64,000 nt of DNA, from assembly GCA_026391215.1 (NCBI GenBank), contig JAPLDX010000055.1, forward strand, positions 478 to 64,477, read 5' to 3'. The stretch is from Bacteroidia bacterium (GTDB lineage Bacteria; Bacteroidota; Bacteroidia; Bacteroidales; VadinHA17). The notes under the pieces are model-generated. The model was not told where the DNA came from. It ran no database searches and was given only the letters and a program-made list of their open reading frames with translations. The position numbers and the translations under genes were made by a program. Each line of letters begins with the position of its first letter. Position 1 is the stretch's first letter. Of this stretch, positions 49,360 to 58,723 are shown one piece after another.

Positions 49360-51147
49360 ATGGAGAGTATTCTTAAGGAAAAGATCAGGGAAGCTGTAAA
49401 GGTTCTTTATAAAGGTGATGCAGCTAATGAGCTTATCCAGATACAGGAAACAAGGAAAGACTTCAAAGGCGATTTCACCCTGGTTGTTTTCCCTTTACTG
49501 CGTTTTTCAAAAAATACACCTGAGAAGACCGGAGAAACCATTGGGAATTATCTTACAGCAACTTTCCCTGCAATAAAAGGATACAATGTGATCAAAGGAT
49601 TCCTTAATCTGGAGATCTCAGATGCATGGTGGATTGAGAATTTCAGCAAAATGATCTCAGAGAGTAACCTTTTCGGCAAGAGCCTGGTCTCCAATCCTGA
49701 AACAATTCTTATTGAATATTCATCTCCGAATACCAACAAGCCGCTTCATCTGGGCCATATTCGCAATAACCTTATAGGTTTTTCACTTTACAGGATACTT
49801 TCAGCCTGCGGTCACAGGGTGATAAAGACAAACATTGTAAATGACAGGGGAATCCATATCTGCAAATCGATGCTTGCATGGCAGAAATACGGAAATGTAG
49901 AAACGCCGGAATCAACAGGTATGAAGGGAGATCATCTGGTTGGTAAATACTATGTAATGTTCGAGAAAGAATATAAGCTTCAGGCAGATGAGCTTATGAA
50001 AAAAGGATTGGATGAGGATGAAGCAAGGAATTCAGCACCGCTAATGAAGGAAGCTCGGGAAATGCTCATTAAATGGGAGGCCGGTGATAAGGAAGTATTG
50101 GATCTCTGGATGAAAATGAATTCATGGGTGTATGCAGGCTTTGATGAAACATACAGGGCTCTGGGTGTGGACTTTGATGAAATCTATTATGAATCAGAAA
50201 CATACCAGCACGGCAAGGATATTATACTTGACGCACTTAAAAAAGGTGTACTGTACAAAAAAGACGACAGCTCTATATGGATTGACCTGACTGCCGACAA
50301 TCTTGACAATAAGCTGCTGCTCCGCTCCGATGGGACTGCAGTTTATATAACTCAGGATATTGGTACAGCTGTTTTGCGCCAGGCTAAATACGGTTTTAAT
50401 AAATGCATTTATGTTGTTGGGAATGAGCAGAACTATCATTTCCAGGTCCTTAAGGCCGTTCTTAAAAGAATTGGGTATAAGTGGTCCGACGGCTTGATCC
50501 ATTTCTCTTACGGAATGGTTGAACTTCCGGAAGGAAGAATGAAATCACGGGAAGGAACAATAGTTGATGCAGATGACCTTATTAATGAAATGAAAATCAC
50601 TGCCCGGGAGGTTTCTCTTGAGCTTGGGAAGCTGGCAGATTTCAATGAAGACGAAAAGGAGGAAGTCTTCCGTAAAATCGGTCTGGGCGCTTTAAAGTAT
50701 TTCATACTCAAGGTTGATCCGAGGAAGAATATGACATTCAATCCCGCTGAATCAATTGATTTTAACGGAAATACCGGACCATTTATCCAGTATACGTTCG
50801 CCAGAATTAAATCGGTATTGAGGAAAGCCGACCAGACTAACATTAAATATGATAATAACATCCTGTCTGACACAACACTTGGTGCCAAAGAAATATTACT
50901 TATAAAACTTCTGCGCAACTTCAAAATAAATGTTTCTGAAGCTGCAGAAGGATACAGCCCTGCAATAGTGGCAAATTATTGCTATGAACTTGCAAGGGAG
51001 TATAATCAGTTCTATCACGATTTTTCAATTTTAGGGGAAGAGAATCCGTCAATCAGGAACCTGAGGCTTGCGCTTTCCGAGGTCACCGGAAGGGTGCTCG
51101 GTTCAGGGATGTGGCTGCTGGGCATAGAAATGCCTGAAAGGATGTAA
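49360..51147 (+). CDS. argS: Arginine--tRNA ligase
   Basis: Class I HIGH-type motif SSPNTNKPLHLGHIRN, plus a C-terminal DALR-type anticodon-binding region. Confidence 0.95.
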   Translation: MESILKEKIREAVKVLYKGDAANELIQIQETRKDFKGDFTLVVFPLLRFSKNTPEKTGETIGNYLTATFPAIKGYNVIKGFLNLEISDAWWIENFSKMISESNLFGKSLVSNPETILIEYSSPNTNKPLHLGHIRNNLIGFSLYRILSACGHRVIKTNIVNDRGIHICKSMLAWQKYGNVETPESTGMKGDHLVGKYYVMFEKEYKLQADELMKKGLDEDEARNSAPLMKEAREMLIKWEAGDKEVLDLWMKMNSWVYAGFDETYRALGVDFDEIYYESETYQHGKDIILDALKKGVLYKKDDSSIWIDLTADNLDNKLLLRSDGTAVYITQDIGTAVLRQAKYGFNKCIYVVGNEQNYHFQVLKAVLKRIGYKWSDGLIHFSYGMVELPEGRMKSREGTIVDADDLINEMKITAREVSLELGKLADFNEDEKEEVFRKIGLGALKYFILKVDPRKNMTFNPAESIDFNGNTGPFIQYTFARIKSVLRKADQTNIKYDNNILSDTTLGAKEILLIKLLRNFKINVSEAAEGYSPAIVANYCYELAREYNQFYHDFSILGEENPSIRNLRLALSEVTGRVLGSGMWLLGIEMPERM

Positions 51148-51182
51148 ATAAACCAGAATATAATCAATACCAATAATATAAT

Positions 51183-52502
51183 ATGTTTGAAAACTTAAGC
51201 GAACGACTGGAGCGATCCTTTAAAATACTAAAGGGGCAGGGCAGGATTTCGGAAATAAATATTGCTGAGACACTTAAGGAGGTTCGCAGAGCTCTTCTGG
51301 ATGCTGATGTTAATTTTAAGATAGCCAAACAGTTTACCGATACGGTAAAAGCCAGGGCGCTGGGTCAGGAGGTACTTAAATCGGTAAATCCATCCCAGAT
51401 GATGATCAAGATTGTACATGATGAGCTGGCTGAACTGATGGGAGGAGATAAAACTGAGATCAACATAAAATACAATCCTTCCGTCATTTTGATTGCAGGT
51501 CTGCAGGGATCAGGCAAGACAACTTTCAGCGGAAAACTGGCCAAATGGGTTAAGAGTAAAAAAGGTAAAAATCCTGTGCTGGTTGCCGGAGACGTTTATC
51601 GTCCTGCAGCTATTGAACAGCTGAAAATAATCGGAACACAGGTTGAAGTGCCGGTTTATACGGAAGAAGGAAATATGAATCCTGTGCAGATTGTGAAGAA
51701 TTCCGTAAGGGAGGCAAAAATAAAAGGATACGATGTGGTCATTATCGACACTGCAGGCCGCCTGGCTGTTGATGAAGAGATGATGAAAGAAATCTCTTCA
51801 GTGAAGGAGGCAGTAAATCCGCATGAAATACTCTTCGTGGTCGATTCAATGACAGGACAGGATGCTGTCAACACTGCAAAGGAATTCAATGACAGGCTCG
51901 ATTTCGACGGTGTTGTCCTGACAAAGCTTGACGGAGATACACGCGGAGGAGCAGCCCTTTCCATTCGGTCGGTTGTCAATAAACCGATCAAGTTTGTAAG
52001 TTCCGGAGAAAAGATGGATGCAATCGACATCTTTTATCCCGTGCGAATGGCCGACAGGATTCTTGGAATGGGAGATATCGTATCTCTCGTTGAAAAAGCA
52101 CAGGAACAGTATGATGTGGAAGAAGCCAGGAAGCTTCAGAAGAAAATCGCTAAAGACCAGTTCGATTTCAATGATTTTATCGCTCAGATTCAGCAGATCA
52201 AGAAGATGGGGAATGTAAAGGACCTTATGGGTATGATCCCGGGTGTCGGAAAAGCAGTAAAAGATCTTGATATTGATGATAATGCATTTAAGGGAATAGA
52301 GGCAATAATACGAAGCATGACTCCTGAAGAAAGGACTAATCCTGTTGTTCTGAATGGAAGCAGGCGCAAGAGAATAGCTATGGGTAGCGGCACGACGGTT
52401 CAGGAGGTTAATAAGCTTGTGAAACAGTTTGATGAGACCAGGAAAATGATGAAGATGATGACAAAGGGTGGTAATGCTGCACGACTTATGGGACGAAGAT
52501 AA
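51183..52502 (+). CDS. ffh: Signal recognition particle protein Ffh
   Basis: [20 protein letters not shown] and a Met-rich M domain. Confidence 0.96.
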   Translation: MFENLSERLERSFKILKGQGRISEINIAETLKEVRRALLDADVNFKIAKQFTDTVKARALGQEVLKSVNPSQMMIKIVHDELAELMGGDKTEINIKYNPSVILIAGLQGSGKTTFSGKLAKWVKSKKGKNPVLVAGDVYRPAAIEQLKIIGTQVEVPVYTEEGNMNPVQIVKNSVREAKIKGYDVVIIDTAGRLAVDEEMMKEISSVKEAVNPHEILFVVDSMTGQDAVNTAKEFNDRLDFDGVVLTKLDGDTRGGAALSIRSVVNKPIKFVSSGEKMDAIDIFYPVRMADRILGMGDIVSLVEKAQEQYDVEEARKLQKKIAKDQFDFNDFIAQIQQIKKMGNVKDLMGMIPGVGKAVKDLDIDDNAFKGIEAIIRSMTPEERTNPVVLNGSRRKRIAMGSGTTVQEVNKLVKQFDETRKMMKMMTKGGNAARLMGRR

Positions 52503-52511
52503 TCAGGCAAT

Positions 52512-53384
52512 ATGTACACACTTATTGACGGTAAAAAAATAGCATCCGAAATTAAACGGGAAATTGCTGAAGAAGTAATAAGGTTAAAAAAGGAGGGAAG
52601 GAAAACACCCCACCTGGCAGCAATTCTTGTAGGTAATGACGGTTCAAGCCAAACCTATGTTGCCAACAAAGTTAAAGACTGTGAAGAAGTCGGTTTCCGG
52701 TCATCACTGTTTAAATATGACGCGGATGTAGCTGAAGAAATCCTTCTGTACAAAATCGGGGAGCTTAATAATGATAACGACGTCGATGGCTTCATAGTGC
52801 AGTTGCCGCTTCCGGATCATATAAATGAGAATAAGGTTATTGAGTCGATAGATCCTTCAAAGGATGCTGACGGTTTTCACCCGGTCAACATCGGGAAGAT
52901 GGTCATTGGCCTCCCCGGATTTCTGCCTGCAACTCCCTATGGAATAATAGAGCTTATTAAAAGGTATAAAATAGAGACATCAGGAAAGAGGTGTGTGGTA
53001 ATAGGAAGGAGCAACATTGTGGGCAGGCCTGTCAGCATACTGCTTTCCCAGAAAGGAATGGATGCGACAGTCACTGTAGTTCACAGCAGGACAAAAAATC
53101 TGGAAAATATTGTAAAAGAATCAGATATAATCATTGCCGCTTTAGGATCACCGGGTTTTGTCAGGGCTGATATGGTTAAGACAGGTGCTGTGGTCATTGA
53201 TGTGGGGACAACAAGGATCAATGCTCCTGAAACAAAAACAGGATGGAAGCTTGCAGGCGATGTCGATTTCAACAATGTAGCCCCTAAATGCTCTTATATA
53301 ACACCTGTCCCTGGCGGAGTTGGTCCTATGACAAGGGTTTCTTTACTTAGGAATACACTGGAAGCCGTTAAGATGAGGAGGTAA
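52512..53384 (+). CDS. folD: Bifunctional methylenetetrahydrofolate dehydrogenase/cyclohydrolase
   Basis: [34 protein letters not shown] and PGGVGPMT. Confidence 0.95.
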   Translation: MYTLIDGKKIASEIKREIAEEVIRLKKEGRKTPHLAAILVGNDGSSQTYVANKVKDCEEVGFRSSLFKYDADVAEEILLYKIGELNNDNDVDGFIVQLPLPDHINENKVIESIDPSKDADGFHPVNIGKMVIGLPGFLPATPYGIIELIKRYKIETSGKRCVVIGRSNIVGRPVSILLSQKGMDATVTVVHSRTKNLENIVKESDIIIAALGSPGFVRADMVKTGAVVIDVGTTRINAPETKTGWKLAGDVDFNNVAPKCSYITPVPGGVGPMTRVSLLRNTLEAVKMRR

Positions 53385-53395
53385 TTGCCCGCTAT

Positions 53396-54394
53396 TTATT
53401 CAGGGAATTTGATACCTGTGAAATACAAGTCAAATCCTCCTTTTCCTCCAGTCCTGTTGGAAGAAAATACAAGCAGGTTATTTGAGAATTCAGTGTGTAT
53501 CCATAATCTAGGCCTGAATTCGTCTGAAGATGAATTTATTTCGGGTCCTAAATTTACTGGTGAGCTCCATTTACCCTTTTTGAAGATAGAATAGTACAGA
53601 TCAAAGCCTCCCATACCACCTGGACGGTTGGATGCGAACAGCATAATGTCTTTATAAACAAGAGGACATTTATCTTCACTTGTGCTGTTGATGCTATCGA
53701 CCTTTACAGATGAAGAATAGGCTCCATTCAGCCAGGTATCGATTGGTGTTTCTTCAGGTCTGTTTTTTAGATAGATATCAAAATTACCTCCAACAGCAGA
53801 TGAAAAATAAGCTGAATCCTGATTTGTGTTAAAACTGATGTATGCATCATCATCTGATGTATTGAGTAGTTTTGCAGAGTAAGGCCCCAGAATATCAGGA
53901 AGAGTAGAGCCGAAAACGGGTCGGTTTTTAAAATAATAGAAATCAAGATTTCCATCCGGATTTTCCGATGCTGTTAGAAGATATTCGTACCCGTCGACCG
54001 TACTGACAAGACTGTAAGGACCGAAGTCATCTCCGGCAGTGTTAGCTGCATTTATCAGTTTGGTTAGAAATGCATCGTTTGATATAATATTGTCATATCC
54101 GAATTCACCTGTTGTCTGATCAAAAACAAAGGATATTTCACCCTGAACAAAATCAAACTGACCACCTGAACTTCCCCTGTTGCTGGAAAACATAAAGTAT
54201 ATTTTACCATAGAGCTGATAAATATCCAGATTATAATCATCATATGAAGAATTGATATCCGCCAGGCTTATTACAGAATCAGGAAAAGTACCCAATGGAA
54301 ATTTTATCGGATTTTCGGTTTTTTTACAGGATACAAAGCTTACAATAATGATACATATAATAAGAACTGCTGATTTCATCGATGATCTTTTCAT
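53396..54394 (-). CDS. Lipoprotein with PD40/TolB-like beta-propeller repeats
   Basis: Lipobox IIVSFVSC. Repeated FSSNR.GG.GGFDLY motifs. I chose the ATG at 54394 because the -7 box lies at 54426-54433; the ORF-track TTG at 54415 is too close to it. Confidence 0.75.
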   Translation of the reverse strand: MKRSSMKSAVLIICIIIVSFVSCKKTENPIKFPLGTFPDSVISLADINSSYDDYNLDIYQLYGKIYFMFSSNRGSSGGQFDFVQGEISFVFDQTTGEFGYDNIISNDAFLTKLINAANTAGDDFGPYSLVSTVDGYEYLLTASENPDGNLDFYYFKNRPVFGSTLPDILGPYSAKLLNTSDDDAYISFNTNQDSAYFSSAVGGNFDIYLKNRPEETPIDTWLNGAYSSSVKVDSINSTSEDKCPLVYKDIMLFASNRPGGMGGFDLYYSIFKKGKWSSPVNLGPEINSSSDEFRPRLWIHTEFSNNLLVFSSNRTGGKGGFDLYFTGIKFPE

Positions 54395-54425
54395 ATAATG
54401 TGCAGTTAAAGACAAAGTGTAAACG

Positions 54426-54433
54426 CAAAGATA
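54426..54433 (-). promoter_or_regulatory. -7 promoter box TATCTTTG for the PD40 lipoprotein gene
   Basis: Exact TAnnTTTG match on the minus strand, 32 nt upstream of the ATG at 54394. Confidence 0.45.
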
Positions 54434-54458
54434 TTAATAAATAGTATTAGTGATACAA

Positions 54459-54484
54459 ATGAAAAACCGGGTGGGTGCCCGGTT
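54459..54484 (-). terminator. Orphan intrinsic terminator on the minus strand, upstream of the PD40 gene promoter
   Basis: The minus strand reads AACCGGG-CACCCA-CCCGGTT followed by TTTCATTTG. The terminator lies between divergent promoters, so it ends an unannotated transcript. Confidence 0.5.
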
Positions 54485-54712
54485 CTTCTGAGGTAGAATT
54501 TAGGTTAATTCTAGGGTAAATTGGGTATAGGGTAAAAAATTCTGTTTTATATTCACAAGATGATTATTTGTACAGTGAGGTTGCGTGATGGTTGTAAAAA
54601 AATGCATAAATCCGGATATTCTTTTGTATTGTATTGATAATTAAGTGTTTAAAAATACATTAAATTGTTAATAATTGAATATTTGCCAGGTTAACCTTGT
54701 TAAAAATAGTAT

Positions 54713-54720
54713 TACTTTTG
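54713..54720 (+). promoter_or_regulatory. -7 promoter box TACTTTTG for the TPR gene
   Basis: Exact TAnnTTTG match 19 nt upstream of the ATG at 54739, with a TTG about 20 nt further upstream. Confidence 0.5.
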
Positions 54721-54738
54721 CAAAATACCGACAAAGTA

Positions 54739-56151
54739 ATGGAAGAGGAAAAGTTTGGATTCTCCTTTGAGGATGAAATTAAACAAGCGGTGCTGAAGTT
54801 CGAGAGAATGAGGAAGAATAATGAGAGTTATTTCTTTGATGTTATTGAATTTGAATCAATTATAGATTATTATATTGAGAGCAACAATTCTTTAAAAGCA
54901 TTCGAAGCTGCCGTACTGGCTACAAAACAACACCCGAATTCCGTATCAATTCAGCTAAGGAAAGCCAGGGTATTACTAGACAAGGGCAGGGCAGTGGAAA
55001 CTCTGAAGATACTTAAGAAACTTGAGAACATTGAACCTGGAAACCATGAGATCTATATAGCAAAAGGTACGGCTTTAGGCATGCTTGGTGATATCCAGGG
55101 CGCTAAGAAAATGTTTGACCATGCTTTATGTCTCGATTCGGATGACATTGAAAATATCCTTTTCTCAATAGTATCGGTACTGCAGAATCTTAATTATTAT
55201 GAGCATCTTATACCTTACCTTAAGACGCTCATTGAAAAGGAACCTGAGTTCAAGGCTCATCTGTATGACCTTGCGTATGCCTACGAAAAGACTGGGGATT
55301 TCGATAATAGCATAAGTCTTTACCTCAAGTACCTTGAGGAAGAACCTTTTTCCGACAGTGCCTGGTATAACCTGGGGATCATCTATAACAAGCTTGAACA
55401 ATCGGAAAAGGCTATTGAAGCATATGATTATGCTCTTGCCATAAATGATCAGAACTCTTTTGCACTGTTCAATAAAGGCAATATTCTCAGCAATCTGGAA
55501 AAATATACTGAAGCGATCCCTGTTTACCATGAATATCTTGAGGTTGAACCTGACAGCTTCGAGGCAATGACCTACCTCGCAGAATGCTATGAAAAAACCA
55601 ATGAGGCGATACATGCTAAAAAATATTATCACGATGCTATAGAGCTGGCTCCGGAATTTGCTGATCCGTGGTTTGGACTTGGAGTAATAGAGCTCAATGC
55701 CGGAAATACCGATGACAGCCTTATCTATTTCAGAAAAGCAGTCAGACTTGATGATGAGAATCCTGAATTCTGGTACCTTCTTGGGAAGGCACATTTTGCC
55801 AAAGGCGAAAAAAAGGCAGCACTCAGATGTTTCAGGGAAGCACTTAAAATCGATGCCTACTACGATGAAGTCTGGTCAGATATTGGCACAATAGTTCTGA
55901 AGGAAAATCTTGCTCTGAAAGCTATACCTTACCTTGAGCATGCATACAAGGTCACTGGCGACGTGCCGGGTATAAACTACCTGCTGGCTTCTTTTTACCT
56001 TCAGACAGGCTGCAATGAAAAAGCTCTGAAACACTTGTCACTGGCAATAGAAACTGATAAAAATCTTTATTCTGAATTTACTGACCTCTTCCCCACAAAA
56101 CTCCTGACAACAAAGATCATCAGGCTCCTGGAGAAAAATGATCTTATCTGA
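54739..56151 (+). CDS. Tetratricopeptide-repeat protein
   Basis: Serial 34-aa TPR units (AWYNLGIIYNKL.., ALFNKGNILSNL.., PWFGLGVIELNAG..). The start was trimmed to the ATG downstream of the promoter box. Confidence 0.8.
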   Translation: MEEEKFGFSFEDEIKQAVLKFERMRKNNESYFFDVIEFESIIDYYIESNNSLKAFEAAVLATKQHPNSVSIQLRKARVLLDKGRAVETLKILKKLENIEPGNHEIYIAKGTALGMLGDIQGAKKMFDHALCLDSDDIENILFSIVSVLQNLNYYEHLIPYLKTLIEKEPEFKAHLYDLAYAYEKTGDFDNSISLYLKYLEEEPFSDSAWYNLGIIYNKLEQSEKAIEAYDYALAINDQNSFALFNKGNILSNLEKYTEAIPVYHEYLEVEPDSFEAMTYLAECYEKTNEAIHAKKYYHDAIELAPEFADPWFGLGVIELNAGNTDDSLIYFRKAVRLDDENPEFWYLLGKAHFAKGEKKAALRCFREALKIDAYYDEVWSDIGTIVLKENLALKAIPYLEHAYKVTGDVPGINYLLASFYLQTGCNEKALKHLSLAIETDKNLYSEFTDLFPTKLLTTKIIRLLEKNDLI

Positions 56152-56179
56152 TTATTCCCCGCTAATAAATATATAAATT

Positions 56180-56953
56180 ATGAAAAAAGTACTCCCTTTT
56201 TTGCCTGATCGACCAGCAAAACCCAGAAATTACGGACTTACAATGGTAATGGATAAAGGCCTGAGCATCAGGGAAGCTGAAGACTTTATGTCTGTTGGAA
56301 GAAAATACACCGATTTTGTCAAGCTGGGATTCGGAACATCCCTGGTTACTCCCGGATTCAGAAAGAAAATAAAGATATATAAGGATGCAGGCGTCATTCC
56401 ATATTTTGGGGGAACATTATTCGAAGCATTCATCGTCCGGAATATGTTTAAGGAATACATTAAATTTCTTGATAAATGTAAAATTGAGCTTGTAGAAGTC
56501 TCTGACGGTTCTTATGACATTGACCATTCAAAGAAGCTTGAATATATCAAAACTCTTTCAAAACGTGGCACAGTAATATCAGAAGTGGGTTCCAAAAAGA
56601 AGGAGGTGGTATATACTCCTGATCAATGGGTTACCATGATGAAGGCTGAACTGGATGCCGGTTCGTCAAAAGTAATTGCTGAAGCCCGTGAATCTGGTAC
56701 AACAGGGATATATAACGAAGATGGATCAATAAATAACAAGATCATAAGTGCAATTTCGGAGCATGTCAAACTCGAAAATGTGATATGGGAAGCGCCTATG
56801 AAATCACAGCAGGCTTGGTTCATTAAGCATTTCGGAGCAAATGTCAACCTTGGAAATATTGCCCCCAATGAAATAATCCCTCTTGAATCGCTTCGGATGG
56901 GTCTGAGAGGTGATACTTTCTTTCAGTTCCTTCCTGATACTTACAAGAAGTAA
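56180..56953 (+). CDS. comA: Phosphosulfolactate synthase (ComA family)
   Basis: By eye it is collinear with archaeal ComA. Shared motifs are VMDKGL, DFVKLGFGTS, GGTLFE, VEVSDGS, EAPMKSQQAWFIKHFGANVNLGNI and LRGDTF. Confidence 0.85.
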   Translation: MKKVLPFLPDRPAKPRNYGLTMVMDKGLSIREAEDFMSVGRKYTDFVKLGFGTSLVTPGFRKKIKIYKDAGVIPYFGGTLFEAFIVRNMFKEYIKFLDKCKIELVEVSDGSYDIDHSKKLEYIKTLSKRGTVISEVGSKKKEVVYTPDQWVTMMKAELDAGSSKVIAEARESGTTGIYNEDGSINNKIISAISEHVKLENVIWEAPMKSQQAWFIKHFGANVNLGNIAPNEIIPLESLRMGLRGDTFFQFLPDTYKK

Positions 56954-56989
56954 AGCAGTTACTGTGCTGAAAACGCAATCTCCTGTCAG

Positions 56990-57742
56990 ATGAGAAAATT
57001 CGGCCTTATAGGATATCCTCTCGGTCACTCTTTCTCAGGCAAGTACTTTGCCGGGAAATTTGCCAGGGAAGGGATAAGGGATTGTTCATATCAAAATTAT
57101 CCTCTTGAAACACTTGAAAAATTCCCTGATCTGATTTCTGAAAATCCAGAGCTTTGCGGACTGAATATTACCATCCCCTATAAGACAGAAATCATAAAAT
57201 ACATTGATGATACCGAACCTGCAGTAAAGGATATTGGTGCGGTAAATGTGCTGAAAATAAAAAGGTCAAAACATAAGATCAGGATTTCCGGATTTAACAG
57301 CGATGTAATTGGTATAGAAGCATCTCTAGTTCCTTTTGTCACTGAGCAAATAAAGAATGCCTTAATACTTGGAACCGGCGGCGGTTCAAAAGCTGTCGCT
57401 TATACTCTGAAAAAAATGGGGATAAATGTCACCTTTGTATCAAGGACAAGGAAGAAAAATTGTCTTACCTATGAAGATCTGACATCATCAGTGATACAGA
57501 AGTCTGATATAATAATTAACACAACTCCTCTCGGGATGTTCCCGGACATAACGACCCGGCCAGGTATCAATTATAGCCTGCTTAATGAGAAGCATATTCT
57601 TTTTGACCTTGTTTATAATCCGGAAATTACGTCATTCCTTTGTATGGGGCAGGAGCGGGGAAGCAGAATAATTACAGGTCTGAAAATGCTTTATGCACAG
57701 GCCGAAAGATCATGGGAGATATGGAATGATGACAGCCTTTAG
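56990..57742 (+). CDS. aroE: Shikimate dehydrogenase
   Basis: FGLIGYPLGHSFS, NITIPYK, GTGGGSKAV and NTTPLGM. Confidence 0.87.
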   Translation: MRKFGLIGYPLGHSFSGKYFAGKFAREGIRDCSYQNYPLETLEKFPDLISENPELCGLNITIPYKTEIIKYIDDTEPAVKDIGAVNVLKIKRSKHKIRISGFNSDVIGIEASLVPFVTEQIKNALILGTGGGSKAVAYTLKKMGINVTFVSRTRKKNCLTYEDLTSSVIQKSDIIINTTPLGMFPDITTRPGINYSLLNEKHILFDLVYNPEITSFLCMGQERGSRIITGLKMLYAQAERSWEIWNDDSL

Positions 57743-57764
57743 AATTGTAATGTCTTGATTTTGT

Positions 57765-57802
57765 CCCCCCTCCAGGGGGGATGCCGCAAAGCGGCAGGGG
57801 GG
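57765..57802. terminator. GC-rich double hairpin between convergent aroE and truA
   Basis: cccccc-tcca-gggggg, then tgccgc-aaa-gcggca, then a second gggggg run that can alternatively pair with the C6 run. It fills almost the entire 68-nt gap between the two stops. Confidence 0.5.
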
Positions 57803-57810
57803 TATTTAGT

Positions 57811-58596
57811 CTAAAGAAAAATCTCTTCAGGATACTCGATCTGCTCAAGAAATAAACCCTTCGCCGGAGCGGATTTCCCCGCCCTGCAACGGTCCTTTGC
57901 ATGAATTATCCCCTCAAATTCCTTCAGGTTTATTTTACCCCGTCCGACATCAATCATTGTACCGACTATTGCTCTTACCATATTTCGCAGAAACCTGTCC
58001 GCCCTGATGGTAAAAATCAGCCTGTTGTCTCCCTTGACCCAGTCAGCCGAGAATATCCTGCATAGATTTGTCCTGACATCTGAATGAAGCTTGCTGAAGC
58101 TGGTAAAATCCGAATGTTTTAACAGCAATTCACAGGCTTTGCTCATAAGGTTTGCATCAATTTCACCTTGCAGGAACCATGATGAGTCCTCGTTAAAAGG
58201 ATCCTTTACAGTCGAGATGTAGTACCTGTATGTTCTTGAAACAGCGCTGAACCTGGCATGTGCATCCGGAAGGACTTTTGAGATTCGCGAAACTGAAATA
58301 TCTTTTGGCAGAAAACGGTTTAACCTGAATATCAGTTTTTTATTGGCAGAAAGTTCATTATTATTACTTTCAAAATGGGCGCAGAAAACCAAGGCATGGA
58401 CACCTGTATCAGTTCTTCCGGCTCCGGTGGTTGCGATTTTTTCATTAAGGATAGTGGACAGGGCTTCATCCAGGATCTTTTGAACTGTGACTGAATTTGG
58501 TTGTATCTGCCAGCCATGGTAGATTGTCCCTTTGTATGAGATAAATATGAAGTATCTTGTCTTCACCGGTTTGTTTCTGCAAATATAGTTATTCAC
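57811..58596 (-). CDS. truA: tRNA pseudouridine(38-40) synthase
   Basis: YKGTIYHGWQIQ and the catalytic GAGRTDTGVHA. Confidence 0.9.
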   Translation of the reverse strand: MNNYICRNKPVKTRYFIFISYKGTIYHGWQIQPNSVTVQKILDEALSTILNEKIATTGAGRTDTGVHALVFCAHFESNNNELSANKKLIFRLNRFLPKDISVSRISKVLPDAHARFSAVSRTYRYYISTVKDPFNEDSSWFLQGEIDANLMSKACELLLKHSDFTSFSKLHSDVRTNLCRIFSADWVKGDNRLIFTIRADRFLRNMVRAIVGTMIDVGRGKINLKEFEGIIHAKDRCRAGKSAPAKGLFLEQIEYPEEIFL

Positions 58597-58723
58597 AAAA
58601 TGAACTTAATTGTTTAAAATATTAATAATTATTGCTTCTGATCCGCTTGAAAATCGATCATAAAATGTAAATTTACCTCTCCTAAAAACTATCAGATTGT
58701 TTGTTTAACCAAAAATCCATACA

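Noticed and set aside
55165-55794. 209-aa minus-strand ORF inside the TPR gene
   Set aside because: It lies entirely antisense to a well-supported TPR coding frame. It has low-complexity Ile/Phe/Lys-rich composition typical of an AT-rich antisense frame, and no promoter box or recognisable motif.
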